Source: Macrostomum lignano (lineage: Eukaryota). From it: a DNA stretch of 64,000 nt. Positions 37,476-51,445 of the stretch are shown piece after piece. The notes under the pieces were generated by a model. It searched no databases and was not told the origin of the DNA. It was given only the letters and a program-made list of their open reading frames with translations. Both the position numbers and the translations under genes were made by a program. The stretch lies in NCBI GenBank assembly GCA_002269645.1, contig NIVC01002529.1, forward strand, positions 62,001 to 126,000. The letters are read 5' to 3'. The number at the start of each line of letters is the position of its first letter. The first letter of the stretch is position 1.

Positions 37476-37908
37476 TCCCCGCCACGGTTGCAGCTTCAGC
37501 CTATCCCAGTCTATTAGAAATCGAACTCACCCTTGAGCATAGCAAGATTCGTGAGCGTGACAGATCAAAACGGCCGATTTCCTTTCAGCCTCGAGCCCGG
37601 CTAGCATAGAACATCGGGCAGTTACGGCGGCCTGCACGAGAGTCCCTGGCACCGGCTGCTGCTCATGTCAGTTGCTTCCGGACTTGAAGGTCCGACATTT
37701 TCGGCCTCGGGGGATATTTTTATATCGCCAGTTGATTGTGGGCCACGTCTCCAGAGTGATACCGATTTGCACTTTCCAGAGCATAAAAAAAGAAAGAGAC
37801 TGGCTCTGAAACTCGAAAAGTTCTGAGCCTGTGTGGCCTCTGCAGCAAGATTGAAGTGCCTTCAGGTACAAGGGACCATGGACTGGGTCAGTTATGCAGC
37901 TTAGCACT

Positions 37909-38862
<954 letters not shown>

Positions 38863-40154
38863 GTGAGATGAGAAGTGCATAAGCGTTGGAAGAGTGCCCA
38901 GCAAGAGCTGAAGAGAATGCATAGATAGAGCAGGGAAGGGCATCAGCTGGAGCCTGGGGGGGGGGGGACAAAAGCAGTGTGTTTTACAACCCATCATTTG
39001 TTTTCTCGCAGCCGATACCTAAAAGCAGAACGGAGTGAAGCGACGACAGAGAAGTATGATAAAAAGCCACAGATGGTTTTCGCTACGAAGAAGCAGTCAC
39101 AGGGGGAGTGAGACAGCTGAGATGGGGTCGATGGGGAAAGAGGGAAGATTATGTGGATAAGCCACTGATTATTTCCTGAGGGGAAGGTTGCACAAGCGCC
39201 ACTGTGTATTTTTGATACACACACTGGCACTGAAGCACCTTTGAACTGCTGGCGCCTTAGCAGAATTCACTGAGTCACCGCTCCCCCCATGAGAGTATTC
39301 ACGGCCTATACAGAAGCTCCAGCGACCCGTGAGGAAGCTGCATTAGTTTAAAATTTTGGTTCGGCAAGATAAAAAAGCCAGAACGCATTGAAAATAAACA
39401 GGTGAAAATTCATAATTGAATCGGAGAGAGAAAGAGAGAGAGAGCATATTTCAGTGAATTGTGAGTGGATGAGAGTTGAACCGATTGAACTCATTGAATG
39501 GATCAGGAATCCAGTACTTCACAGGCTGTATGCAATAATTTGTTCCCAGTGGAATAGTAAGCAGTATATTCTAATCATATCCGCCAAACCTGTCCGATCC
39601 TAGCTCGCATTTCATGAATACAGCTTATAAAGATTTCTTAGATAGTTGAGGTTAACAAAAAAGTATGCCTTAGGGCTGGACTATAAGAAGTTCAGGTAAG
39701 ACACGGTAGAGCATTAGCTCATTAAATATTAATTATCCCGTTGTTTCGTCTGCATAAGAAACGTTTCAGGGCGGCATGAGGTAAGCCAACAATCCAGCAT
39801 TAGCGTTCTAAAGTCCTTGGGCTCAGGCTGCAGGTGGAGACCAGTAATTATCATAATTTATTCAGCTCTTGAGACAGCTCGAGTCTGAGGCAATTAAAAG
39901 CGGCCGTCAGGTTCCCCTCCCCCCTGCTATTCAGAACTCCCCTCCTAGTTCTGTTTTTTTTTCAGGTGGGCTTTTAGTGTTGCAGCACTGGGACACGAGT
40001 TGGTGAGAAGTTTTGCTGCATAAGTACAGCTTGAGACAGACAGGCCGGCTTCAACTGGGAGGCTCTGTTTTACCTGGGCCTCTTCTGCTCCATGTGCAAT
40101 TATAGATACTAAAATGGGATACTTTCCATAAAATTACAATACAGCTCAGCATAT

Positions 40155-40948
40155 CAGCTTCAGTACTCAATACTCTTCAGTACTCAACTCACTTCAGTAC
40201 TCAACTCACTTCAGTACTCAACTCACTTCAGTAATAAACTCACTTCAGTACTCAACTCACTTCAGTAATAAATTCACTTCAGTACTCAACTCACTTCAGT
40301 ACTCAACTCACTTCAGTACTCAACTCACTTCAGTACTCAACTCTCTTCAGTACTCAACTTACTTCAGTACTCAACACTCTTCAGTACTCAACTCACTTCA
40401 GTAATCAACTCACTTCAGTACTCAACTCACTTCAGTACTCAACTCACTTCAGTACTCAACTCACTTCAGTGCTCAACTCACTTCAGTGCTCAACTCACTT
40501 CAGTACTCAACTCACTTCAGTAATCAACTCACTTCAGTACTCAACTCACTTCAGTACTCAACTCACTTCAGTACTCAACTCTCTTCAGTACTCAACTCTT
40601 CAGTACTCAACTCACTTCAGTGCTCAACTCACTTCAGTGCTCAACTCACTTCAGTACTCAACTCACTTCAGTGCTCAACTCACTTCAGTACTCAACTCAC
40701 TTCAGTGCTCAACTCACTTCAGTACTCAACTCACTTCAGTGCTCAACTCACTTCAGTACTCAACTCACTTCAGTACTCAACATTCTTCAGTACTCAACTC
40801 ACTTCAGTACTCAACTCACTTCAGTACTCAACTCACTTCAGTAATCAACTCACTTCAGTACTCAACTCTTCAGTACTCAACTCACTTCAGTACTCAACAT
40901 TCTTCAGTACTCAACTCACTTCAATACTCAACTGACTTCAGTACTCAA
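40155..40948 (+). repeat. 17-bp minisatellite
   Basis: CTTCAGTACTCAACTCA. Confidence 0.95.
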
Positions 40949-41377
40949 GGATTTTATCCGGAACAGTTTTGAGAGGGAATATTGCACACAAGCCTGTCTC
41001 AAAGCAAGTTCTGCGAGCCAGTGCGAAGTAAATTAACGACATGAGGCCAATGCCAGAACACGAGTTCCACCCCGATTGCTGGTCTGAGGGAGCCTGCATC
41101 TTCTCCATCATCTTTCACGCCCTCTCAAGCCTGTCTGGCTTATGCAGGCGCATGGCCAACCTTCAGCCAGCAACTCTTTTTCGAGAAAAAGTCGGACAGG
41201 GAAAAGTGTAGGGAGAGATGAGTGAATTGTGTTTCCTTGCGGTTTGCATTGGAACTTTTTTCATTCTTTGCGCGTGTGACGGAGAGTGCAATATAGGAAT
41301 ATATATTATAATTGAGCCCTCTCTGTCAATTCAACAGCAGTGCGGACACCTGCTGCAGCTGCGAGGGTTAAGTCGCT

Positions 41378-41782
41378 GGTGCAGGCGCCCCTGGTGCTGG
41401 CGCCCCTGGTGCTGGCGCCCCTGGTGCTGGCGCCCCTGTTGCTGGCGCCCCTGGTGCTGGCGCCCCTGGTGCTGGCGCCCCTGGTGCTAAAGCCCCTGGT
41501 GCTAAAGCCCCTGGTGCTGGCGCCCCTGGTGCTAAAGCCCTTGGTGCTAAAGCCCCTGGTGCTAAAGCCCCTGGTGCTAAAGCCCCTGGTGCTAAAGCCC
41601 CTGGTGCTAAAGCCCCTGGTGCTAAAGCCCTTGGTGCTAAAGCCCCTGGTGCTAAAGCCCTTGGTGCTAAAGCCCCTGGTGCTAAAGCCCCTGGTGCTAA
41701 AGCCCCTGGTGCTAAAGCCCCTGGTGCTAAAGCCCCTGGTGCTAAAGCCCCTGGTGCTAAAACCCCTGGTGCTAAAGCCCCT
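41378..41782 (+). repeat. 15-bp minisatellite
   Basis: GCCCCTGGTGCT(GGC/AAA); the variant switches along the array. Confidence 0.95.
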
Positions 41783-42661
41783 GTTTTCGATGCTATTTTA
41801 CTGCACTTTATTCTCCGCTTCTCTGTATGAAATCCCTCGTGTGCCAGCTGAGCACATCGTGAAAGACAAAGCGATCTTATTTTGCCTAGCTGCATAATTT
41901 CTCAACTGGACCGTGTCAGCGCGCGCTGAGCTCCTGAACTAACAGGGGGAGCCATAAAATACTATCATTATTCTACTGGCCACAAAATGCTACTATTAGT
42001 AATAAAAACAAACAGAGATTTAGGTATAAGAGAAATAAATATTCCTATTGCGCGGCGCCTGTGGCGACATCGTCCCACAACCAGCAGATATTGTACGCAA
42101 TCGCGCTCACACAGGGTGCACAGCTGCCCTTCACCGCGCACGGAATCGAACCAGGGATCGTGGCTCCACTTTTCTCTGGAGAAATATCTGGGCGCTCATA
42201 TTGAGAATTTGAGCATAGGACATTTAGCTTGTAAAAAAGGCGAAAGAAAAAATATACGCCAGACTCCGAGAGAGTACGCAGTACAGTGTAAACAATCTCT
42301 AGGTAAACGGCCGTATTGTGCCATTGCTCAAGCAGAGACGGGTTAGAGAGATGGAGCAGCACAGAGTCCAATGAGATTTCTTTAAGCCCATATTTGCTAT
42401 GCTTTACTTAACCCAACACACCATATTCAGCATGCTGAGAGTACAGATGAGTGGCGCAGGCTCTCGGGGGTATATGACACTGGCTCAATTGCTCTGAGCT
42501 CATCCACTAAGCCTGTTGCTACCGAGTTAGTTTCTATCCATCCAAACCAGCTGAATCTGCCTTCTCTGAGCATGGAGACTTGGGCGTAAGTTTAAAATTT
42601 ATATCTCTGCTATGAGTACTTTCATTAGAGAAATCTTTGGGGAAATGTGATGGAGACGTAC

Positions 42662-42958
42662 TAGTCATGCTAGAAGCAGGAGTGACCTAGACGGTGACCT
42701 ATAGTCATGCTGGATAGGAAACAGGAGGGACCTAGATGGTTACCTACAGTCATGCTGGATAGGAAACAGGAGTGACCTAGACGGTTACCTACAGTCATGC
42801 TGGATAGGAAACAGGAGGGACCTAGATGGTTACCTATAGTCATGCTGGATAGGAAACAGGAGGGACCTAGACGGTTACCTATAGTCATGCTGGATAGGAA
42901 ACAGGAGGGACCTAGACGGTGACCTGTAGTCATGCTGGATACGAAACAGGAGTGACCT
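42662..42958 (+). repeat. 45-bp tandem repeat, about 6.5 copies
   Basis: TAGTCATGCTGGATAGGAAACAGGAGGGACCTAGACGGTTACCTA. Confidence 0.9.
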
Positions 42959-43066
42959 TGACTGAGATCTGTGGAGTGAAAATTTCTGAGACTCATATCA
43001 GGCGTCTAAGTGCATAATTTGCAATAAGTACAATATTTACCATTATGAGTGCAATCAATCGCTCCC

Positions 43067-43912
43067 ATGTGTCAACTCCCAAACCCGCTGGCACCCAGCA
43101 TCGCGGTCATAGTGGTTGGCTCTGTGTTCGGCTTACCTCTGCTGTTCGTTCTGGTCATGGGGGTGATCGCATGTTGCATCGGCTGCGTCGAGTGCAAGAA
43201 GGCGTTCTGCGGCGGCGGGAAGCCTCAGAACAGGCGGCGAGGCGCCGTGGCGCCAACGGGTAAGCGGCCTAGAATATCTAGCCAATTATAGCGATAAGAG
43301 ACCGGTTTAGATAAGAAAACAGTCAGCCAAGCTACCCAATTTCTATTGGTCCTAATTACAGCCAATCAGCAATGAGAGAGTAATAGATAAGAGAGAAAAC
43401 AGTCAGCCAAGCTACCCAATTTCTATTGGTCCTAATTACAGCCAATCAGCGATGAGAGAGTAATAGATAAGAGAGAAAACAGTCAGCCAAGCTACCCAAT
43501 TTCTATTGGTCCTAATTACAGCCAATCAGCGATGAGAGAGTAATAGATAAGAGAGAAAACAGTCAGCCAAGCTACCCAATTTCTATTGGTCGGAATTGCA
43601 GCCAATCAGCAATGAGAGAATGGAAGAAAATGTATGCTGTATATTAAAGGTAACCAATAATATTCAGTTAGGCAAATCAATAGCCAATCAGAACGAAGAA
43701 TCGCAGTTTCCTCTGCAAAAATCATTCTAGGCCAGTTTGCTATGCAGCCGCCGAGCTACTCGGAGTCTAACCCGCAGCGCCAGCGCGGCCCCTACCCGCA
43801 GGCGCCTACCGCCGACTTCATGATGTCGAACACGGCGTATCCGCCGCCGCCGCCATACGAGCCTCCGACCTCCGGTCAAGGAGCAACGGCTACAGAGCAA
43901 CCGCGTTACTAA
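43067..43912 (+). CDS. Small single-pass membrane protein with Cys-rich juxtamembrane segment and PPxY motifs (Shisa-like/WBP1/VOPP1-type architecture); N-terminus uncertain
   Basis: Exon ending 43259 (GTAAG donor) encodes SIAVIVVGSVFGLPLLFVLVMGVIACCIGCVECKK. Exon 43731-43912 continues in phase with QPPSYSE...YPPPPPYEP...RY*. Confidence 0.65.
43308..43620 (+). repeat. 80-bp intronic tandem repeat, 4 copies, with CCAAT/ATTGG boxes
   Basis: AGTCAGCCAA recurs at 43321, 43401, 43481, 43561. Confidence 0.9.
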
Positions 43913-44271
43913 TGGGATGTTAAATAAAACTCGACTGCTCTCTTTAATCCAACAGATTTGTCTTGAAAACTATTTTTCACAGAATTTTTACAAGCATGGC
44001 AGTCATACCCGTTCCGCTGATCCCTGAGCATGCACACGGATTATTAATATTGTTAGCTTCTGAATGCTCAAAAGCGGATTTTTTAGAATCCGGTTACTTA
44101 CAGCAATCAATGCTTTCTGTACAAATTTCGGCAATCTTAAAACCGCCTGGCTACTTTTAGTAGTCAAGAATCTAAATTTATCGATAAATTGTATCAATAA
44201 GCTATATATTAATAATAGATGACACTATTGACTTCCAAATAGATCATTTCAGAATGAGAAGACACACTTGT

Positions 44272-45157
44272 GAATACACAAGTGTGACACAATGCTGTGA
44301 TACACAAGTGTGACACAATGCTGTGATACACAAGTGTGACACAATGCTGTGATACACAAGTGTGACACAATGCTGTGATACACAAGTGTGACACAATGCT
44401 GTGATACACAAGTGTGACATAATGCTGTGATACACAAGTGTGACACAACGCTGTGATACACAAGTGTGACACAATGCTGTGATACACAAGTGTGAAACAA
44501 TGCTGTGATACACAAGTGTGACACAATGCTGTGATACACAAGTGTGAAACAATGCTGTGATACACAAGTGTGACACAATGCTGTGATACACAAGTGTGAC
44601 ACAATGCTGTGATACACAAGTGTGACACAATGCTGTGATACACAAGTGTGACACAATGCTGTGATACACAAGTGTGAAACAATGCTGTGATACACAAGTG
44701 TGACACAATGCTGTGATACACAAGTGTGAAACAATGCTGTGATACACAAGTGTGACACAATGCTGTGATACACAAGTGTGACACAATGCTGTGATACACA
44801 AGTGTGACACAATGCTGTGATACACAAGTGTGACACAATGCTGTGATACACAAGTGTGACACAATGCTGTGATACACAAGTGTGACACAATGCTGTGATA
44901 CACAAGTGTGACACAATGCTGTGATACACAAGTGTGACACAATGCTGTGATACACAAGTGTGACATAATGCTGTGATACACAAGTGTGACACAACGCTGT
45001 GATACACAAGTGTGACACAATGCTGTGATACACAAGTGTGACACAATGCTGTGATACACAAGTGTGACACAATGCTGTGATACACAAGTGTGACACAATG
45101 CTGTGATACACAAGTGTGACACAATGCTGTGATACACAAGTGTGACACAACGCTGTG
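44272..45157 (+). repeat. 26-bp minisatellite, about 34 copies
   Basis: CACAAGTGTGACACAATGCTGTGATA. Confidence 0.95.
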
Positions 45158-46625
45158 GATGAGTTGAAATTGAACATATATTCAAAAAAATTTCCATCTG
45201 TTTTCCCAAAAGATTAGCATTTTGCATTAAAAATTTTGCACTCCTACTACTAGTAAGCGTGTGAAGATATTTTCATTCTCTTGGATCGGAAATGCCAGAC
45301 TGTAGCCAAATATTTCAATACTATAGAAGAGTATGGAGACTCCGACAGCACAAAAAAGTGTGTTCGAGCTTCGAGTCCAGAGGAAAAGCAAGGATGAGGC
45401 GCAATGAGGCGCGCCGGGAGCCTGGGATACTCCCGCATAGGATTCCCCGAGCTTTGGGGGGGGGGGGGCTTGCGGGTGTTAACTGGCCATCAATAACAGA
45501 GCGCTTTGCATAGCAAATGAGGGCCCCGGCCTGAGCTCCGGTCCTGGGGGGTTTTGTTGCCGGACCTCAAGTCGTCTGTTGGGTCTGCTCGGAGACGGAA
45601 GGAATCCCGGGAAGTCAGAGGTTTGGGGGCAGCAGCAGCAAAGGCATCGGCGAAGCATTTGCAATTTAAATTTACGACACATCTCTCCTCCCCTGAGCGG
45701 CGTCGGCCGCTGCGGCACACACAACACACGCTCGCGCGCAACACACCGATTTTGGCATTCGCGAAACTGTTGAACAGATTGCCGCGGGCTCTGTTTGACA
45801 AATGCCCAAGGTGGCCAAGCATCTCCCATGAGCTCAGGGCGCAGAATATTTCCCTCCTCTATTCTATCTCTCCGCGATCGCCGCTACCCCCCCCCCCCCA
45901 CGGGAGAGACTGGGGGTCACAGCGCTGGGGATTTGGGCTGAGCCGAGTTTTGTGCGACTGGGGAAATGGGATTTCTCGGGGATAAGATGGGATAGATTAC
46001 CAGGGGGGGGGGGGCAGTCGGGGTTAGACGTTGGGGATGGAGAAATTGAGAGAGGGGAAAAAAGCTGAACAGTCATGATGGGATAACAACGTCCAGGATT
46101 TATCCTCCTTCTCAGCGCGCTTGCTGGAATTTCTTCCGAATCCCCCTTTTTTCTGTCTGTCTGTCTGTCTGTCTATCTGTCTGTCTAAATACGAAAAAAT
46201 AAAGCAGCCAGCGGTGCCGGCTGTGCCCTCCATCCCCTATCTCAGATCCCCATGGCTCCGGCTCCCTTGGCCGGCGCTAAGAGTTTGCGGCGCCCCCCCC
46301 CCCAAGGCCTGATCGAAATTGGCACTTTGGTTCATTCTCCATGGGAGGCCCATACAGAATCTTCTAGCGTGTCTCCGCCCCAGCCGCCGCCTGACTTTTC
46401 ATCAGCTCCGCTCCTAACTCAATCACCTGCTGCCCCGTCGCGCCACTGCGGCCCCCCGCCCAGCTTCCTGATGCAATTATTTCCCGATAACACCCGGAGG
46501 GCGGCCGGCAATCTTCTAATTATCCGCAAATCTGTCTGAGCAGCGCTGGCAGGATTTCGACTCCCAATTTCTGGATCTTCTGCGGCGCCGCCCTCCACCC
46601 TCTTAACACCCTGGTGACTTGATTT

Positions 46626-46675
<50 letters not shown>

Positions 46676-47214
46676 TTTGGAGTGACTCCCCCCTCACGAG
46701 GCGGGAGATAAGCAAGGCTGGATGAGAAGTCGAAAGATGAATAATGAGAAGAAGATTGATAAAAATGGGGAGAGCCGAAGCGGCAGCAGCAGCGACAGTT
46801 TTTGCCTTGAATGAAATCTTCTGCTTTTGCGACGAGGTTAATTCCTTCTGCCGCCCAGTCCAGATTTCGGTTCACGCGCCCCTGGGGGGGGGGGGGTGAC
46901 GAGCCCAAAGGAAAATTGGTTGACGGCAAAAGCAAAAGCACTGAAAGAGAGGTGGCGACGAGAGAAAAGGTAGTGGCTGGGCGGGTGAGTCAAAGGCTTA
47001 GCGACCTGAGTCTACGCAACATTGAAAGCGGTGCTGCGAAGGGCCGATTTAAGGCGAAGCCTCTTCAAAGGGGAATCGGCTATCGGAAATGAGCGAGGAA
47101 AGTAGGGGCTTATTAAGGCATTAGCGGCCACTGATTCTCTGCCTTTTGTGTGCTCACAGGCAGCTCTGCAGATGGGAACAGGGTGGGATCTTTGAGATTC
47201 TCAGTAGATACAGT

Positions 47215-48495
47215 GCGATCCATGAGATTCCCAACGATTTATCAGATCCTCAACAATCCATGAGATTCTCAACACCATCCATGAGATTCTCAACACAATC
47301 CATGAGATTCTCAACACCATCCATGAGATCCTCAACAATCCATGAGATTCTCAACACAATCCATGAGATTCTCAATACCATCCATGAGATTCTCAACACC
47401 ATCCATGAGATCCTCAACACAATCCATGAGATTCTCAATACCATCCATGAGATACTTAACACCATCCATGAGATTCTCAACACAATCCATGAGATTCTCA
47501 ACACCATCCATAAGATTCCCAACACAATCCATGAGATTCTCAGCACAATCCATGAGATTCTCAGCACAATCCATGAGATTCTCAGCACAATCCATGAGAT
47601 TCTCAATACCATCCATGAGATACTTAACAATCCATGAGATTCTCAACACAATCCATGAGATTCTCAACACCATCCATGAGATTCTGAACACAATCCATGC
47701 GATTCTCAAAACAATCCATGAGATTCTCAACACCAATACACCATCCATGAGATTCTCAACACAATCCATGAGATTCTCAACACCATCCATGAGATTCTCA
47801 ACACAATCCATGAGATTCTCAACACCATCCATGAGATTCTCAACACAATCCATGAGATTCTCAATACCATCCATGAGATACTTAACACCATCCATGAGAT
47901 TCTCAACACAATCCATGAGATTCTCAACACCATCCATAAGATTCCCAACACAATCCATGAGATTCTCAGCACAATCCATGAGATTCTCAGCACAATCCAT
48001 GAGATTCTCAGCACAATCCATGAGATTCTCAATACCATCCATGAGATACTTAACAATCCATGAGATTCTCAACACAATCCATGAGATTCTCAACACCATC
48101 CATGAGATTCTGAACACAATCCATGAGAAATCCATGAGATTCTCAACACAATCCATGAGATTCTCAACACCATCCATGAGATTCTCAACACAATCCATGA
48201 GATCCTCAACACCATCCATGAGATTCTCAACACCATCCATGAGATACTTAACATCATTCGTGAGATTCTCAACAATCCATGAGATTCTCAACAATCCATG
48301 AGATTCTCAACAATCCATGAGATTCTCAACACCATCCATGAGATTCTCAACCATCCATGAGATTCTCAACACAATCCATGAGATTCTCAACACCGTCCAT
48401 GAGATTCTCAACACAATCCATGAGATTCTTAACACCATCCATGAGATTCTCAACACCATCCATGAGATTCTCAATACCATCCATGAGATTCTCAA
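47215..48495 (+). repeat. About 21-bp satellite with a 426-bp higher-order duplication
   Basis: ATCCATGAGATTCTCAACAC(A/C); rare variant ATAAGATTCCC at about 47511 and 47937. Confidence 0.9.
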
Positions 48496-49023
48496 ATATT
48501 ATAAGAGTCTCATGAGTATGATCCACAGATGACGGACTTCTCAAACGCCAAGCTAAACTTCATCATTGGCCCTAAACTGGTCTATTGAGTCTCTAAAGTG
48601 TCTTTATTCTCTTGATCATCCCCCAGTCTTTCAGTCCCTGATGAGGCCTTCCAGCCTCTGTTATCCACTGTTGCATCTGGCGATAAGACAGAGAGAAAGG
48701 GGCCAGGGTGTGGTGTGCTCAACTTCAGAAGAAACTGCCCAGCGGAAATCAGTGAGCCGAAGCAGCAACAGCAGCATTCCCATCCCCAGAACTGGACACT
48801 TAATTTCGAATTCCGAGATCCGCTCTGAGATACGCTGAGACCAACAGCCTCCACCCCCCCCCCTGGCTCGTCTAGGCATTGTGCAGCTCAACTCAGCGTT
48901 CTCTTGCCGTCAGTTCCTTTTTGCTGAGGAATCTGGGTGCAGGTTTAAACAACGCATAAAGCAGTTTCTTGTAAACTCAACTATAGCAATTGCGGCCGGA
49001 AAAAGTAGCATATGCGCTCGTAC

Positions 49024-49735
49024 CTAATCCCGAATCCTAACCTAATCCCGAATCCTAACCTAATCCCGAATCCTAACCTAATCCCAAATCCTAACTTAAT
49101 CCCACATCCTAACTTAATCCCACATCCTAACCTAATCCCAAATCCTAACTTAATCCCAAATCCTAACCTAATCCCAAATCCTAACTTAATCCCACATCCT
49201 AACTTAATCCCACATCCTAACCTAATCCCAAATCCTAACTTAATCCAAAATCCTAACCTAATCCCGAATCCTAACCTAATCCTAAATCCTAACCTAATCC
49301 CAAATCCTAACTTAATCCCACATCCTAACTTAATCCCACATCCTAACCTAATCCCAAATCCTAACTTAATCCCAAATCCTAACCTAATATCAAATGCTAA
49401 CCTAATCCTAACCTTAGGTATATACACCTATAGCTATTCTTTGTCTACGGCCAAATTTGGAGGTCCGTAGCCCTGCGGTCCAGGCTCGATTCCAAGTGCA
49501 AGTTAAGTACAAGTGATTAGGTTAGAATTTGCGATTAGGCTAGGATTTGGGATTAGGTTAGGATTTGAGATTAGATGAGGATTTAGGATTAGGCTAGGAT
49601 TTGGGATTAAGTTAGGATTTGGGATTAAGTTAGGATTTGCGATTATGTTCGGATTTGGCATTAGGTTAGGATTTGCGATTAGGTTAGGATTTGGGATTAG
49701 GTTAGGATTTGGGATTAAGTTACGTTTAGGGTTTA
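49024..49735. repeat. Inverted pair of 18-bp telomere-like arrays around a spacer of about 100 bp
   Basis: (CCTAACCTAATCCCAAAT)n at 49024-49415 and its reverse complement (ATTTGGGATTAGGTTAGG)n at 49515-49735. Confidence 0.85.
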
Positions 49736-50671
49736 GGCTTGGGTTGCAGTGTCGCAGAACCTTTAACGACTGTTTCTGCTTTTACATGCTTCCGACACTG
49801 CGAAATTTCTAGCATTCCAGATTCCAACACCGACTGCATTAAGCACTGGAGAAAGAAGATCTTCACAGATTTCAGGGCAGCCGCTTCTATAATCAAATCA
49901 TTTATACGCAATTTCGACCGCGACGGATCTTCAGCTTAAAGAGCTGTCCAAAATTTTCTCGAACTTAATCCGTTTCTCTCTCTCTCTCTGTCTCTCGTGA
50001 TTTCACGGGTCTTCTGCTAGTAGCAGCACAGCACAGAGGAGTGACGTCACAAACGGGACACACGACCGCTCTAATCCCAGAGGAGTAGGGGGAGGTATGT
50101 GGCAAGAGGGGTTGGGCGATTTATAGGGTGGGAGAGAAGGGCCACTCGCAAGTGCTCGCTGAGGCGTGCGAGCGGGTTGAAGGGCACCTCGGTTGGCTGG
50201 TCACTCTCCTCGTGCAGGACCTGACAGACGTGGACAGAGACACACAACACACCCACACTCAGCAGATCTTGGAGCATTTTTATCCTCAAATTCTTTTCTT
50301 CTAAGCCAAAGCAGGCAGGGCTTGTGCTCCGCTCGGCTGTGCACACCACCAGCTCCCCGGGGGCTGTCTGGGGAGTGGGAAGTCGAGTGCACCACTCGGT
50401 CCATCTGTGACCTTTCGAATATTCTGAATATCGGGTCACTGAGGCGAAAGGATTTGGGGTGCTGGGAGCTGGCAGACAATAGGCAGGGAGGGTGGGTTCG
50501 GGCGGTGGCAGCAGGTGCGATGATTAGGGTTTTCTAATAGCAGAAACTGTCTCTACCGATATGTTGCGTATGAATAAATATCTGCAGTTAATCTGTGGTG
50601 CCGAAATATGGTATGATTGAAGGGGAGGTCAATGAGGTCAGCTGCCTCACCAACATTAGTAATCAGAGAGC

Positions 50672-51062
50672 CTCAGTGCTCTCACTGAGACATCAGAGAG
50701 CCTCGGTGTTCTCACTGAGATATCAGAGAGCTTCGGTGTTCTCACTGAGACATCAGAGACGCTGTTCTCACTGAGACATTCTGAGACCCTCAGTGTTCTC
50801 ACTGAGACATCTGAGACCCTCAGTGTTCTCACTGAGACATCAGAGACGGTGTTCTCACTGAGACATCAGAGAGCCTCGGTGTTCTCACTGAGACATCAGA
50901 GAGCCTCGGTGTTCTCACTGAGACATCAGAGAGCCTCGGTGTTCTCACTGAGACATCATAGAGCCTCGGTGTTCTCACTGAGACATCAGAGACCCTCAAT
51001 GTTCTCACTGAGACATCAGAGACCTTCAGTGTTCTCACTGATATATCAGAGAGCCTCGGTGT
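50672..51062 (+). repeat. 30-bp satellite, array 1
   Basis: GTTCTCACTGAGACATCAGAGAGCCTCGGT, partly degenerate. Confidence 0.9.
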
Positions 51063-51326
51063 TTCTAGCGATATGTTGCGTATAAATAAATATCTGCAGT
51101 TAATCTGGGTATGATTGAAGGGGAGGTCAAGGGGGTCAGCTGCCCCACCCACATGAATCATGCGGGGTCATGTTCACCCTGGCGCAACGCCTTCGGCGAC
51201 ATCGCTGTACACTGACTTTCTCACTCTCTAACTTTCGTCAAACATGACATAAATGATTGAAATCGACTCAGGAATTGAGAGAGGAAAGGAGAGGTGGCTC
51301 TCACCTAGTGAGCTAGCACTCAATAA

Positions 51327-51445
51327 GCATGTACACCTTCTGTGCCCCAGGAGTTGGCCCTCATGGTCCTAAATCGCACTACGGAATCGAACCAGGGACC
51401 TTGGCGCGAGAGTCAAACGAGTTCACCGCTGAGCTGCGTTGCAGC
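51327..51445 (-). mobile_element. tRNA-derived SINE family B, 5' part
   Basis: Reverse complement reads GCAGCTCAGCGGTGAACTCG...GGTTCGATTCC...CCATGAGGGCCAA...GGCACAGA..GTGTACAT, matching the 19520 copy. Confidence 0.6.

Noticed and set aside
41340-41897. Collagen/elastin-like APGAL repeat ORF
   Set aside because: 15-bp minisatellite with no splice or codon support.
44209-45227. Three ~300-aa ORFs
   Set aside because: 26-bp satellite read in all frames.
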